The notes beneath the pieces are model-generated. The model was not told the origin of the DNA, made no database searches, and worked only from the letters and a program-made list of their open reading frames with translations. From the NCBI GenBank assembly GCA_965247265.1, contig OZ252002.1, positions 1,882,964 to 1,946,963 on the forward strand: a stretch of DNA of 64,000 nt. Reading direction: 5' to 3'. Shown piece by piece: positions 11,259 to 22,056 of the stretch; positions within the stretch are counted from its first letter, which is position 1; every line of letters begins with the position of its first letter. Source of the stretch: Gammaproteobacteria bacterium (GTDB lineage: Bacteria; Pseudomonadota; Gammaproteobacteria; UBA4575). The translations under genes and the position numbers were made by a program.

Positions 11259-12359
11259 ATGCAGATGCTACCGCTAGCTATTGCCCTAGCCGCCAGCTCT
11301 GTATTTGGCTTTGCTGGCTTTGAGGCGGATGCCGCCTCAAAAACAATTGAGATTGATGGTGAAACCGTTGCATGCGTCGACCGGACTGTGCAATCCCAGA
11401 TGGCGGTTGTAGACGCCCACGTACATTTTCGCCCGTTCGGCGGCAAGGCTCTGCCGTTTGAGGAGGTAGTTCAGTATCTTGAAAAAGCTGGTGTACGATT
11501 CGTGACTGTATATGGTATCGGCCAGATGCTACCAGTGTCATCATCATGTACATACTATCTCGACTGTCCCGGAACACCGGTAATGCCTACTTTAAAGAAT
11601 GACTTTTTTAACGCCGTCAATTACATCACTAAGGGTTCAGGTACGGTCCACATAACATTATCTATGAGTTTCCCAGACCTCACCCAGCCGGAAACTGTGC
11701 TCGATGGTATACGGTTGCTGGATAAGGAGTTTCCTGGGGTGTTCAAGTGGATGGGTGAAGTCAACCTGGTTAAGCAGGCGCTCTTTGGTAATCACCGTCT
11801 TGCCGTTCCCATGACTAAGATTGAGAAATGGGCACCGTTCATGGCTGAACTGCGCAAACGCGACATGCCTATCTCCATTCACTCGGACCTGGGAAGTAAC
11901 GAGGAACCAACTCGTTACTTGCCTTGGATCGAAGAGGTGTTGCGTCTGTACCCTGACAACAAGATCATCTGGATGCATCTTGGTTTGTCGCGGGAACTTA
12001 CCATAATCGACGTCAACAACCATATCGCGGTTCTGCAGTCGCTACTAGACCGCTATCCAAATCTGATGCTTGACATTGCTTGGCGAGTGATTGATGACAA
12101 CTACTTCTCAGACCCCAAGTTACGTGTGCAGTACGTGCCGTTCCTGAACACCTACTCTGACCGCATTTTACCCGGATCAGACTTTGTTGCGTCCATCAAT
12201 AAGAACTTCGAGGTGTATCAGGAGGAACTTGAAGTCACCAGTCGGATTATCCGCTACCTCGATAACGATGCGTTCCGGAATATTGCCCTCGGCGAGAACT
12301 ACTTCAGGCTGCTTGGTCTAGATGAGAAAGCACCTGTAGTGTGCTCTCGCCCTGATTGA
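11259..12359 (+). CDS. secreted metal-dependent amidohydrolase (amidohydrolase-2 / TIM-barrel hydrolase family)
   Basis: 366 aa. Signal peptide. HxH metal motif VDAHVHF near the N-terminus of the mature protein, with later His and Asp residues typical of the family. GC-richer than the surrounding DNA. Confidence 0.7.
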   Translation: MQMLPLAIALAASSVFGFAGFEADAASKTIEIDGETVACVDRTVQSQMAVVDAHVHFRPFGGKALPFEEVVQYLEKAGVRFVTVYGIGQMLPVSSSCTYYLDCPGTPVMPTLKNDFFNAVNYITKGSGTVHITLSMSFPDLTQPETVLDGIRLLDKEFPGVFKWMGEVNLVKQALFGNHRLAVPMTKIEKWAPFMAELRKRDMPISIHSDLGSNEEPTRYLPWIEEVLRLYPDNKIIWMHLGLSRELTIIDVNNHIAVLQSLLDRYPNLMLDIAWRVIDDNYFSDPKLRVQYVPFLNTYSDRILPGSDFVASINKNFEVYQEELEVTSRIIRYLDNDAFRNIALGENYFRLLGLDEKAPVVCSRPD

Positions 12360-12514
12360 AGTCGATTCACTCAAAATTGCTGCACAAGTTTGGACCCATA
12401 AACTTGCTATGTTAAATGACTGACTTGATACATCTCATACCCACACACCCTTAAAATGATTAATATTTGTACAGATGTATAATGGCGAAAGCCGTTTAAA
12501 ATCAGTCAGATAGT

Positions 12515-12546
12515 TGGTGGATCTCATAGGATTCGAACCTATGACC
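12515..12546 (-). other. tRNA 3'-end fragment (T-arm plus acceptor 3' strand plus CCA), possibly an att-site remnant
   Basis: The minus strand reads ggtcATAGGTTCGAATCCTATgagatccACCA: a perfect 5-bp T-stem, a TTCGAAT loop, 7 nt of acceptor, a discriminator A and CCA. No matching 5' acceptor strand (ggatctc) lies upstream, so this is a fragment and not a gene. Confidence 0.45.
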
Positions 12547-13254
12547 ATTGAGTTGAAAAACCATTAAATAACCCTTTAAAATTAATATCTTACAAGTTTT
12601 TTTTGATTCTTCAATACCGTGTACCGTTAATCCGCCGATAGTCCCAGTTTTGTGGATCTTTTCGTTGTCTTTTACATAGTCAAATGGGAGTCAGCCTTGA
12701 TTGTTTCGAGCCTTTGGGTCTATACCGGCCCGTATAGGATGCCCCTCTACTATTAAATCTGAAGCAGTAGTTCACTGCGTTTTTTTTGATAATGTAAAAG
12801 TTTCCACAATATGATTGATCTTCTGGCTCAAACTCTTTCCCAATACGCGTCAGTTGGCGAAACGCTAACACAGATAACGGTCCAACTTAAAGAAAGTGTG
12901 TGAAGAACGCTTTGATTTAAGCGATCGTATGCAGTCACAGCTTGCAGAGACCAGTACAAACACAATGAACACGAAGCTTACAGAACAAGTCTGGTGATGC
13001 GGCCTCATGTCAAAGCCTCCGATCCAAAAACTTGGCGACACCTGGCAACCGGATTTGAATTGTTGTTGCCCTATAGAGGGCCGGTGGCTGGCGAAACTCT
13101 GCGCGCCTGCATCCCCGCTATGTGGTCACTCAGGAAGTACCTTTTGTTCAACCAGAATTGCCACTGAAAAATGTTTGCTTATGAGCAATGAACCAAAATG
13201 ACAGCCCTCTCACTGGCCCGCCATGTCCACACTTTAGACACAATCATAGCAATC

Positions 13255-13632
13255 CTACCAATTTAACAATTCTGATTCAGTCGGTTCGATCTGAGCCGCA
13301 AGATCTGATGTAATAAATTCTAGCATTTGCGCAAGTCTTCGGCGCACAATTGAATCGTTTTTATCCAAACCTAAAGCTAATGCCTCACGGTACATAACCT
13401 CTTCACGAATTTGCTGATTAATAAGGCCTTTTAATTCGGCTTGAGAAGATAGGCGTTGCCACCTTTTTTTCCATATAGCATTCAAGCGATCGATATCTGC
13501 GATAGAGAAGATTATGCGATTGTCACTATTATTAGTATCAACATCATTATTGATCAAAGAATATGTGACAAAAAGCAATCCTCCGATCACCAAAAAATGT
13601 AATAGCGGCTCACGCAACCATTTTTTTAACAA
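13255..13632 (-). pseudogene. Truncated periplasmic PPIase-like (SurA/PpiD N-terminal-domain family) protein, N-terminal 125 aa only
   Basis: MLKKWLREPLLHFLVIGGLLFV... TM anchor, followed by a conserved region (IREEVMYREALALGLDKNDSIVRRRLAQMLEF). The ORF ends where homologues continue for >100 aa further. Confidence 0.45.
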
Positions 13633-13662
13633 GCTTGTTCTCCGAAGTTAGGAGTTAATAAT

Positions 13663-13926
13663 TTAGTTGAATACTAAAATGAAAGACGACCGGCCCGCAG
13701 CGCAAGATTGCTCACCATAATAATCAATGAACATCATTCCTTCTTTGGCGATACGATCAATATTAGGCGTGTGATAGCCCATTAAGCCTATGCTATAGGC
13801 ACTGACATTGGTTTGACCAATATCATCCCCCCAGATGACTAAGATATTAGGTTTATCTGCTGCTGACGCTGTTATTGAGAAAATTGAAACGAATAGAATT
13901 AAACACAATTTGTTTAGCGTTATCAC
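13663..13926 (-). pseudogene. Sulfatase N-terminal fragment
   Basis: 87-aa ORF with a signal peptide, [13 protein letters not shown], and a C-x-A-x-R-S formylglycine-type motif (SCAAGRSS). The rest of the ~500-aa enzyme is absent. Confidence 0.45.
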
Positions 13927-14235
13927 AGTATCCCCCGATGTTTATAAATAGATGAACATGTTCTTATGTTTAGTGTATATAACAACATTTTTTTCTAATG
14001 TAGTACTTATCTAAATGTAGGTAATTACTGCTAAATTTGATGTTAGTTAGAGTATTTATATAATAAATTCTTTTATATTCAGATATTAACAATAAATACT
14101 TAAATTTTTACCTTATTATTTTAATCCTACAGCTGCCAAAAGCATGTCTGTGATGAGGTGGAATATCTATGATAAATCAGAATCATAAGTATACTTAGTC
14201 GTTAAGGTTGTTGGGTTCTTAAAATAAAAATAAAA

Positions 14236-14580
14236 ATGCAATTAGCAAATTTCAAACGACTGCGTGTCTTAATCCCTTTAGTATTTGTCACAGTACTTAT
14301 AGTCGTTTCAGTTGTCGTATTTCATCCTTCGTTTCAAAGGAAAATGCTACTCGATTATGTCGTACCACATGTCAGTGCACTGAGTTTTGACCTCGTCCAC
14401 ATCACACCCTGGTCGATGGATATCGAAAATTTAGCCATCGAGTATGAAGGTGGTCACTTCCAAATTGGAAAGGGTGCAATCAGATATTGTGGTTTGGTGA
14501 TAAAGGGCAAGCAAAAGAGCACAGCCAATAATTTTGATTATTCAGACAAATATAAGAACGTTATAAAAACTACCATATAA
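14236..14580 (+). CDS. hypothetical membrane-anchored protein
   Basis: 114 aa with an N-terminal TM helix. No recognisable domain. Confidence 0.3.
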   Translation: MQLANFKRLRVLIPLVFVTVLIVVSVVVFHPSFQRKMLLDYVVPHVSALSFDLVHITPWSMDIENLAIEYEGGHFQIGKGAIRYCGLVIKGKQKSTANNFDYSDKYKNVIKTTI

Positions 14581-14585
14581 GCATA

Positions 14586-15864
14586 ATGAACAAACCACTT
14601 TTAAAAGGGTACGGACTATCTATATTGCTCATTGCTGCGGGTTTTATACTTGCGTATCAATTTGTCGAACCTGCGCCGCCCAATCAATTAATTATGGCTA
14701 CTGGGAGCAAAACAGGTGCCTATCATAGTTTTGGCTTGGCGTTACAAAAAGTGCTTGCAGAAGATGGCATTGAACTGGAGTTGCGAAATTCTGATGGCAG
14801 TATGGAAAATGCAATGTTCATTGCAGATGGGACTGTCGATATATCAATCATTCAGGGTGGAACGCCTTTGTCTAAAATCGATAGAGGTGAAGAAATTCGA
14901 TCGCTTGGTAGTCTTTATTATGAGCCGATGTGGTTGTTTCACAAAATCAATCCACCACCACAAACCTTGCAACAGTTATCTCGTTTTCGAGTAAACAAAG
15001 GTAAAGAAGGGAGTGGAACGCTCCAACTCGTTAATGAGTTACCTAATCTGAATGATATGACCGAAGATAAGTTTTCTATGCTTGGTAATGCAGAGGCAAG
15101 TGAAGCGCTTGTAGCAGGAAAGTTAGATGCTGCATTCATAGTAAGCGGGGAAAAGTCTAAAGATGTTCAGAAGTTATTTGCAGCCAAAGATGTTGCAATT
15201 ATGGATTTTCCTCGTGCTGAAGCCTACCATTTACATCGCCGATATTTGTCAGTCCTTAAGTTACCGCCTGGTGGAATTGACATGGCAGATAATCGACCAG
15301 CTTTTGAACGCAGTCTAATTGCTGTGACTGCAGTTCTTGTTGCGCATGAAGATTTACATCCTGCGTTGGTAGATTTATTGCTGATGGCATCAAAGCGTAT
15401 TGTGGATAAACCCTGGCTTGTTTAACAAAAAAGGCCAATTTCCTTCTGGTAAATACCTATCTATTCCATTAGATAAAGATGCGGAACGAATTCATAAACG
15501 TGGACCATCATTTTTGCAACGCTATCTCCCATTTTGGGCGGCCACATTAGTGGATAGAATGATACTTATGCTAGTACCATTGATAGCAATTGTATTCCCT
15601 TTATTTAAAATTTTTCCACCTGTCTATCGTTGGCGAGTACGGTCACGTATTTATCGTTGGTATGCAGACTTGAAAAATATTGAAGTGAGACTCAATAAAG
15701 AAGAGTCAAGCAAAGATTTAATTAATGCAATTCAAGAACTCGAAAGCGAAGTCAAGCAGGTTGAAACACCATTATCTTATTCTGATGAGCTTTATCATTT
15801 GCGCAGTCATATTGACTTGGTATATGCGCGCATTAAAGAACGCGATGAGACTGGATACTTATAA
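14586..15864 (+). pseudogene. TAXI-family (TRAP-associated) periplasmic solute-binding protein with a C-terminal TM/coiled-coil extension, frameshifted
   Basis: ORF 14586-15425 has a TAXI-like body. ORF 15400-15864 in another frame continues with the conserved ...PGLFNKKGQFPSGKYLSIPLDKDAERIHKRGPSFLQRYLPFWAA... region and a TM helix. The two frames overlap by 26 nt. Confidence 0.55.
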
Positions 15865-16288
15865 GAATCTATTGAAATTAAAGTATTTAAAGTATAAAAA
15901 TAGTGTCTAGTAAAAATATTTTTTACTGCAGCATAAAACAAACAACATTTTTAAAGGATAAAACATGAGAACGTTGTTCACATTTAGCATTATTACTTTG
16001 ATGCTTATTACTGGCACTGCAATTGCTGAGAAAAAGCTTACACAAAAAGGTGCTGCAACCACTCACAGTCAGGTGAGCGATTGGTTGCTGCTAGTGAAGA
16101 ACGGTCAAATGCTAAAATCAAGGTAGGCGAGGGTGGTGAAGCATACAAAGGAACGCTTGACTATTGGTCTATAATAATAAGCAATCGGCTTTCAACTCAC
16201 GCTAAATAAGCATTTCAAAAACTATAAATATTATCCTCGTACGTATATTATGGCATACGAGGATTCATAAATTATTGAGAAATATCGT

Positions 16289-16781
16289 ATGAGAATATTA
16301 ATTTTATTATCTATGTCTGCGTTTTTATTTAGTTATGCAATAGTATCTGTAGCGCAAGATTTTTTCGTCTACCCATCAAAAGGCCAGTCATCGGAGCAAA
16401 CCGAAAAAGATAAATTTGAATGTTACGGTTGGGCCAAAAATGAAACCGGATTTGATCCAATTCAAACACCGACTGCAACTCGACCGCCTCCGCAAAAAGA
16501 GCAAGAAAAAGTAGGTGCTGCAGGCGGTGCTGTTGGCGGTGCAATAGTGGGCGGAGCGATAAGCGGCCTACTAGGTGGTGATGTTGAAGCCGGTGCAGCA
16601 GCAGGTGCTGTTGGAGGCGGTTTATTTGGCGGCGTGCGTAGAAGCGGACCAAAAAAAACGTGAGGCAGCGGCCCAACAACAATGGGAACAGGAACAAATG
16701 CAAAAATATGCGGGCGGACGAAATGCCTACAATCGTGCCTATGTCGCATGTTTAGAAGCACGTGGTTACTCGGTAAAATAG
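16289..16781 (+). CDS. Glycine-zipper family secreted/lipoprotein, reading frame broken at an A8 homopolymer
   Basis: Signal peptide, then FECYGWAKNETGFDP, then a Gly/Ala zipper (GAAGGAVGGAIVGGAISGLLGG...). The frame shifts at aaaaaaaa (16651-16658). The second frame ends ...NAYNRAYVACLEARGYSVK, which is typical of the family. Confidence 0.6.
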
Positions 16782-16793
16782 CAGGAGAAAAAT

Positions 16794-17177
16794 ATGAATA
16801 TGTCAATACGAATTTTAATAATATTGATGTTGATACTCAATACAACATTGATCCATGCCAATGAAATTGACTCCTCAAAACCTTTAGTCTGTGCAATAGT
16901 AGAAGTTATAGATTGTGGCGTGAAGGGTGATTGCGAACCGGTTGATCCCGAATTTGTAAATTTACCCAATATTTTTAAAGTCGATACGGAAAGTAAAGTA
17001 CTGCACAGTGGAGAACGCAAAACAAAAATTGATCATGTCACAAAAAATAAACAGGTAACCAGTGATGATAACAAAGCATGGTCTTTTGTGTTGTCTAACA
17101 ATACAGGCAAATTTACAGGTGCCATAGCTGCCTATGATTATGGCTTTCTCTTATTTGGATCATGCATCGTTGATTAA
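16794..17177 (+). CDS. hypothetical secreted protein
   Basis: 127 aa, signal peptide, four Cys residues. No recognisable family. Confidence 0.35.
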   Translation: MNMSIRILIILMLILNTTLIHANEIDSSKPLVCAIVEVIDCGVKGDCEPVDPEFVNLPNIFKVDTESKVLHSGERKTKIDHVTKNKQVTSDDNKAWSFVLSNNTGKFTGAIAAYDYGFLLFGSCIVD

Positions 17178-17323
17178 TTAGATTTTTAGATCACTAGCTC
17201 ATTGACCTTGAAGGTTGTTAATTTTATGTATGATGAGAGATTTTAATACTTACAGTTCATATATTTTTTACTCATTCAAATTTTGAGCTCCATGCATGAA
17301 ACATTCGTTTCCAGTATGCGTTT

Positions 17324-18510
17324 ATGCATAAAACACTTCTAATACTATTAATTTCAATACTTTGTTCGGCATGTGCAAGTATTAGTCGTGGCATTACTGA
17401 AGGCGTACTTAGTAGTAAAAATCAGGACTTAGTGGATGAGCGCGAATGCAATATACGCGGAACTAAATTTGATGGTCTCGATTCATCTTTTAATACACAA
17501 GGGAAAAGCCCTACATTAAAAGTATTAATGGTGCATGGTATTGGTGAGCATCTTCCCGGGTATTCAACCCGCATGGCTGAAAATTTAGCAACAGCCTTAA
17601 ATTTAAATGTTGGGAGCGCACGTTTTAAAGAAATTGACATAGTAGCAGGCCGATTTCCAAATGAAAATCTTGGAAAATTACGTATTGACCGTTACATAAA
17701 TCAGGAAGAGTCACAAGAAATGCTCTTTTATGAGCTGACTTGGTCGCCAATTGCTAAAAAAGAGAAAGATATTCTTGCCTATGATAACTCTGGTGAACAT
17801 TCGTTTCGTCGTGCCAACATTAACAACATCATGAAACCTTATATGAACAGTCATGTATCGGATCCACTTATTTATCTTGGTGCATCGCAAGAAAAAATAC
17901 AGGTATCTGTCATTACTTCAATATGCTGGATGATGAGCCGCGACTGGAAAGAAATCGATGAACATACACAAGGGCGGTGTGTAGCCGAACACACCAAATA
18001 TAATAAAGTATTAGATGATGAATTTGCTTTTATTACTCACAGCATGGGGAGTCGAATCGTCACAGATTCTTTTCAGGCGCTAATTCAGTACTTAGATAAT
18101 GAATTACAAACCAATTGCCGCTATTACAACTTGGCCGTGATAATCCTGAAGTGACCAATCAACATGAGGAATATTGTATGTCGGATGGAGAAAATTATGA
18201 CAAACGTTTCTTCAAAGAACTTACCGTTGTGGCATTTAGTGACCCGAATGACATAGTAAGTTATGACGTGCCACCCAAATTTGTTGATGAATATATGGAT
18301 TCCAGGCTATGCGTGAACTTAATTAACATCACAATAAATATCGCGCACGTAAAAGAACTTTTTGGATTAGGCTCATTCGCTAACCCATGTTTCGCACATC
18401 GACAATATGATAATGATGAGCGGGTAGTCGGAATTATTTCACACGGGCTACACGATCAGAATATTGCAGCTGTAGTAAAAGAACGCTGCGAATATCAAGA
18501 AACGAGATAA
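17324..18510 (+). pseudogene. Lipoprotein alpha/beta-hydrolase (lipase-like, GxSxG = THSMGS), frameshifted
   Basis: ORF 17324-18154 has a lipobox LCSAC and the nucleophile elbow ITHSMGSRIV. ORF 18115-18510 in a different frame carries candidate Asp and His catalytic residues (DPNDIV, HGLHD). Confidence 0.5.
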
Positions 18511-18718
18511 ATATATTTAACTTTATATAAGTAATATAACAATTTGTAATTAATACATGTTCTATTAATCAATCAATCATTGAGGCAAATTAGACACATC
18601 ATGTATCTAAAATGGATGACGCAACAATAACGTTTAATTTGCTAAAGTCAAAACATTAGCTGTTGCTAATATATGATTTTGTAATTTCCTAGCATTATTT
18701 CTATTTGGAGCTGTTGAT

Positions 18719-19333
18719 ATGTCTAGTGCACCCGAATCAATTTCCCCTAATTCCTGCGACATGGAAGCCTTAAATCAATGGTTTGATGAACGATTAGAGC
18801 AAAAGCTGCAGGAACGAGACGAAGCAAAAATTCCGCAACTTTCATTGATTGTCACAAAAGGCACAATGGATATGGCGTATCCGCCCTTTATTCTGGCTTC
18901 AACCGCTGCAGCGTTAGATTGGGAAGTATCCTGTTTTTTTACCTTCTATGGCTTAAATTTACTTAAGAAAAACCTTGATCTAGAAATTTCCCCACTGGGT
19001 AATCCTGCTATGCCAATGAAAATGCCATTTGGACCTGATTGGTTTCAGAACATTAAATGGGATATACCGAATGCGTTAAGCAGCAATATCCCAGGATTTG
19101 AAAAATTTGCGACCACAATGATGAAGCAAACGCTTAAAAACAAGGGTGTGGCAAGTGTTCAGGAGTTACGCGAGCTAAGCGTTGAAGCCGATGTAAAACT
19201 CATCGCTTGTCAAATGACGGTAGATTTATTCGGTTATAGTAAAGATGAGTTTATTGATGATGTGTCTGAATGGGTAGGTGCAGCTTCATTTTTACCTGCC
19301 GCTCAAAAGTCTGATATCTGCTTGTTCATTTGA
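18719..19333 (+). CDS. DsrE/DsrF-like (DsrE2-type) sulfur-transfer family protein
   Basis: 204 aa. Motifs TMDMAYPPFILASTAAA, FFTFYGLNLLKK and conserved Cys in IACQMTVDLFG match the DsrE2 family signature (FFTFWGL...C-x-M). Confidence 0.6.
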   Translation: MSSAPESISPNSCDMEALNQWFDERLEQKLQERDEAKIPQLSLIVTKGTMDMAYPPFILASTAAALDWEVSCFFTFYGLNLLKKNLDLEISPLGNPAMPMKMPFGPDWFQNIKWDIPNALSSNIPGFEKFATTMMKQTLKNKGVASVQELRELSVEADVKLIACQMTVDLFGYSKDEFIDDVSEWVGAASFLPAAQKSDICLFI

Positions 19334-19893
19334 ACAAAGTATTTTTTTCTATTTGTTGCGCACTGTTTTTGTGTTCATTGGTCCATGGAGAAGATATTGA
19401 TGAGCAACTCTTTGCTAGTAAAGACGCCACGCAACACCTTGCTCGCCAACTAAGAAGCAAGCTGATAAGCAGCTTAGAAGAAAGTGGTGCGGTTAATTCA
19501 ATCAGTGTATGCAATACAGAAGCTTTTAAAATATCAGCGGAGTTGTCTAAAAAATATAACGGCAAGGTCAGCCGCACTTCATTAAAAATTCGCAATCCAG
19601 AGAATAAACCCGATACTTGGGAACGTAACACGCTATTAGAATTTGAAAATCAGAAACAAGCAGGTACCGATACTTCTCAATTAGAATCATATAAGGTCAT
19701 TAAAAATGATAACGGAAAATGGTTTCGCTATTTGAAAGCCATTCCAACCGGTGATGTGTGTTTAATGTGTCATGGTGAGCATATTGCACCGGATGTTGAA
19801 GATAAAATAAAGACTTTATATCCAAATGATTTAGCAACAGGTTATGAAGTAGGGGACATTCGCGGTGCGTTTACCATCAAGCTACGCATGTAA
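19330..19893 (+). CDS. Secreted c-type haem protein, DUF3365 (Tll0287-like PAS-fold) family
   Basis: 187 aa. Signal peptide and a single C-terminal CLMCHG haem-binding motif, as in DUF3365 proteins. Confidence 0.6.
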   Translation: MNKVFFSICCALFLCSLVHGEDIDEQLFASKDATQHLARQLRSKLISSLEESGAVNSISVCNTEAFKISAELSKKYNGKVSRTSLKIRNPENKPDTWERNTLLEFENQKQAGTDTSQLESYKVIKNDNGKWFRYLKAIPTGDVCLMCHGEHIAPDVEDKIKTLYPNDLATGYEVGDIRGAFTIKLRM

Positions 19894-19916
19894 TTTGCTT
19901 TTGTTTTAATACATAA

Positions 19917-19943
19917 AAGAAGGGGCTCTAAGAGCCCCTTTTT
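19917..19943. terminator. Bidirectional rho-independent terminator between convergent genes
   Basis: aaaagaaGGGGCTCtaaGAGCCCCttttt. 7-bp GC stem with flanking A- and T-runs on both strands. Confidence 0.65.
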
Positions 19944-19963
19944 AATGTGATATTGTTAAATAG

Positions 19964-21247
19964 TTATCCAAACATTTCTGCAGTCATGTTGTTAAACCAG
20001 CTGTAAGCATAGTGCACTTCTCGCTTACGTGCTTCTGCTGACGCATCTGCTGGAGTAAGTCCTCCACCGAGTTTCTCAATCGCTGAACGATCACCTTTAA
20101 GCTTGTACACCGCAACAACGGATATGCCGTAATCAGGTGCAATTATGCTGTAACAAGCATTTGCATAGGATGGTGTTGGTGGCTCTTTGCCGTTTAACAT
20201 ACTCACAACGGCTGCTGCACAAACTTTCGCTTCTGTACTGGCAGCATAACCCGATTTTGGAAGACCAGTTGCAATACTTGCATCACCGATAACATGAATA
20301 CCTTTATGTTTTTTGGATTCAAATGTTCCAAGATCAACTGGACACCAACCCGAATCATCAGTAAGGCCTGCATCGATAGCAATTTGCGCTGCATTTTGTG
20401 GTGGAATGATATTGGCAACTGCTACTTTATAGTCATCAAAATCTGTGCTGACCGTCATATCTTTTGTATTTACACGTTTAACACCACCACCCGTATCTGC
20501 GCCGGCAACCCATTCAATCATGTCCCCATAAACATCTTTATAGCCTTGCATGAACAATCCTTGCTTAGAAAATTTATCTTTTGCATCAAGGATCATAATT
20601 TTTGATTTAGGCTTGTTGTGTTTCAAATAATGTGCAATTAGTGCAGCACGCTCATAGGGTCCTGGAGGACAGCGGAATGGATTTCCTGGTGGAGCTAAAA
20701 CGACTAGGCCTCCATCATCCATAGCTTCGAGCTGACTTCGCAACAATGCAGTTTGTGCACCAGCAATCCATGCATGAGGCATAACTTCAGAAGCTGCTTC
20801 ATCATAACCTTCAATTGCACCCCACTTGAATGCAATACCAGGTGACATTACTAAACGGTCATATTCAAGCGTAGTACCACCGGCAGTGGTTATTTTTTTG
20901 CTTTCTGCATCAATGGCTGTGGCTTTGTCTTGTACAAGCTTAATACCATGATCTGCAAGTTTATCGTAGCCAAATTTGATGGTTGAAATATCGCGATCAC
21001 CACCAATTACTTCATTACTCATAAAGCATGTATGATGATGTGCTTCTGATTCTACGATTGTCACTTCTGTAGAAGAATCTCCCTTAGCAATATACTTCGC
21101 GGCAATCATTCCACCTACACCACCACCAATTACAACGACACGATGTTTTGCTGCACAGGCGATATGTGGGAAACCAAGACCTACAGTAGTAGCGGCAAAA
21201 CTACTGCCCGTAACTTTTAAAAATTCTCTTCTTGTAACTTTCGACAT
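19964..21247 (-). CDS. fccB: Flavocytochrome c sulfide dehydrogenase, flavoprotein subunit
   Basis: 427 aa. Tat signal RREFLK. FAD dinucleotide-binding motif VVVIGGGVGGMIAAKYI. Lies directly upstream of a dihaem cytochrome gene. Confidence 0.85.
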   Translation of the reverse strand: MSKVTRREFLKVTGSSFAATTVGLGFPHIACAAKHRVVVIGGGVGGMIAAKYIAKGDSSTEVTIVESEAHHHTCFMSNEVIGGDRDISTIKFGYDKLADHGIKLVQDKATAIDAESKKITTAGGTTLEYDRLVMSPGIAFKWGAIEGYDEAASEVMPHAWIAGAQTALLRSQLEAMDDGGLVVLAPPGNPFRCPPGPYERAALIAHYLKHNKPKSKIMILDAKDKFSKQGLFMQGYKDVYGDMIEWVAGADTGGGVKRVNTKDMTVSTDFDDYKVAVANIIPPQNAAQIAIDAGLTDDSGWCPVDLGTFESKKHKGIHVIGDASIATGLPKSGYAASTEAKVCAAAVVSMLNGKEPPTPSYANACYSIIAPDYGISVVAVYKLKGDRSAIEKLGGGLTPADASAEARKREVHYAYSWFNNMTAEMFG

Positions 21248-21277
21248 TTTTATGACTCCTAACTTAAACCTGTGCGA

Positions 21278-21943
21278 TCAATTTTGATTGCCATAGAACT
21301 GAATTAAATCAACAGTAGCCCCTTCTTTATGTGCCTCATGCATTTCTTCCATTTTCTTTTTCATCTTCTTAGGCATGGCTCTGTTACCATCGAAATAATC
21401 AGCCATGGTGTAGTCTAGATAGGGCAGCCATTGACCTGCTAAAACACCTGCATCGTCTTCTGCAGATCCTCCACCATCTTCATGGCACTTTTCACAAAAT
21501 TTATCATGTCGTTTTGCGCCGGTTTTTGCTTTACCAGCATCGGCATCTTGATCTGCTGTTTGAAACGGCATTTCAGCAAAGTGTTTAGCAATAAGCTTAA
21601 GTTCTTCTACTGAATAACCCTGTGCAATTCGATTCATTACTGTTGAAAATCTGGGGAAATATTCTACCTCTTCAAGATCTGGATCAGCTTCAATGGCTTC
21701 TTCAGCTTTATCTTCATCGTCACCAAATTTATATGCCAACATTGCGCCAATAATATAAATTTCAGACATTCCAGATATTGTAGGTATTGCTGGTCCTTCG
21801 CTGACCCCGCTTGGTCCATGACAACCCAGGCAGGTGTTTGAAAGCATAGATGGGCTCGCTGTCCCTTCAGCCCATGCAGTATTCAGAGATAATAATCCAA
21901 TTACACTTAATATAAGTGATTGACGGATGAGTTTGTAAAACAT
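21278..21943 (-). CDS. fccA: Flavocytochrome c dihaem cytochrome subunit
   Basis: 221 aa. Signal peptide. Two CXXCH motifs (CLGCHG, CEKCHE). Adjacent to fccB. Confidence 0.7.
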   Translation of the reverse strand: MFYKLIRQSLILSVIGLLSLNTAWAEGTASPSMLSNTCLGCHGPSGVSEGPAIPTISGMSEIYIIGAMLAYKFGDDEDKAEEAIEADPDLEEVEYFPRFSTVMNRIAQGYSVEELKLIAKHFAEMPFQTADQDADAGKAKTGAKRHDKFCEKCHEDGGGSAEDDAGVLAGQWLPYLDYTMADYFDGNRAMPKKMKKKMEEMHEAHKEGATVDLIQFYGNQN

Positions 21944-22056
21944 AGCTGTCCTCCGCTTTGAGTTAAATTCTTGTTATGTCTTTTATTTAACTGATTTTTA
22001 ATTCTTATTTATAAATGTTAACACAGTAATTTATTGGCTTTTAGAGCTGATTTCAT

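Noticed and set aside
13007-13201. ORF 13007-13201 (+) and ORF 12680-12871 (-) in the 900-bp gap after the amidohydrolase
   Set aside because: They are Cys- and Trp-rich and have no motifs. They lie in what appears to be the eroded 3' remainder of the truncated PPIase-like gene and islet boundary, and are more likely non-coding.
16329-16806. Long antisense ORFs (16329-16703, 16462-16806) overlapping the glycine-zipper gene
   Set aside because: They are artefacts of the GC-rich Gly/Ala-coding repeat, where the opposite strand lacks stops. The sense strand has a signal peptide and family-typical motifs.
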